64,000 nucleotides of DNA. Source: Gracilinanus agilis. Its lineage: Eukaryota. The DNA is taken from positions 268,018,956 to 268,082,955 of the forward strand of contig NC_058131.1 of NCBI RefSeq assembly GCF_016433145.1, read 5' to 3'. Positions 63,901 through 64,000 of the stretch are shown piece after piece. The notes under the pieces are model-generated. The model ran no database searches. It had not been told where the DNA came from and saw only the letters and a program-made list of their open reading frames with translations. The position numbers and the translations under genes were made by a program. Every line of letters starts with the position of its first letter. Position 1 is the first letter of the stretch.

Positions 63901-64000
63901 TGTTAAAATCAAATCATAAAAATACAGGAGTTAAGTATAAATGAAGAGCCAAACAAACAATAATGTAAGTTTATGGTATCAGATTCAGACCGATTTGCAA

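Overview
Marsupial genomic DNA, most likely the opossum Monodelphis domestica (opossum-type CORE-SINEs, RTE and L3 LINEs, OposCharlie-like MITEs, AT-rich background). It is syntenic with the human EHMT1-CACNA1B region and both genes lie on the minus strand. The left end holds CACNA1B coding exon 1 (433-159), which ends in a minor-spliceosome AT-AC donor, plus its CpG-island promoter and a zero-spacer RE1/NRSE. About 18 kb of repeat-rich intergenic DNA follows, then the EHMT1 (GLP) 3'UTR, last exon (20149-19969) and penultimate exon (32016-31841). The rest of the window is EHMT1 intron; I found no further exon. The last EHMT1 intron (11.7 kb) is mostly a decayed full-length class I ERV (LTR, PBS-Arg, gag, pol, env, LTR; about 22307-31118). 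The upstream intron holds a nested L3>L2>LTR stack, a sense-oriented solo LTR with a strong splice donor, a second two-LTR element, two hAT MITEs with 8-bp TSDs and a 73-nt near-perfect hairpin at an LTR start. Repeat family names come from recalled consensus sequences and motif reading, not database searches. Boundaries without a stated TSD or terminal motif are approximate. I see no evidence for a wholly new gene. The best leads are regulatory or structural.
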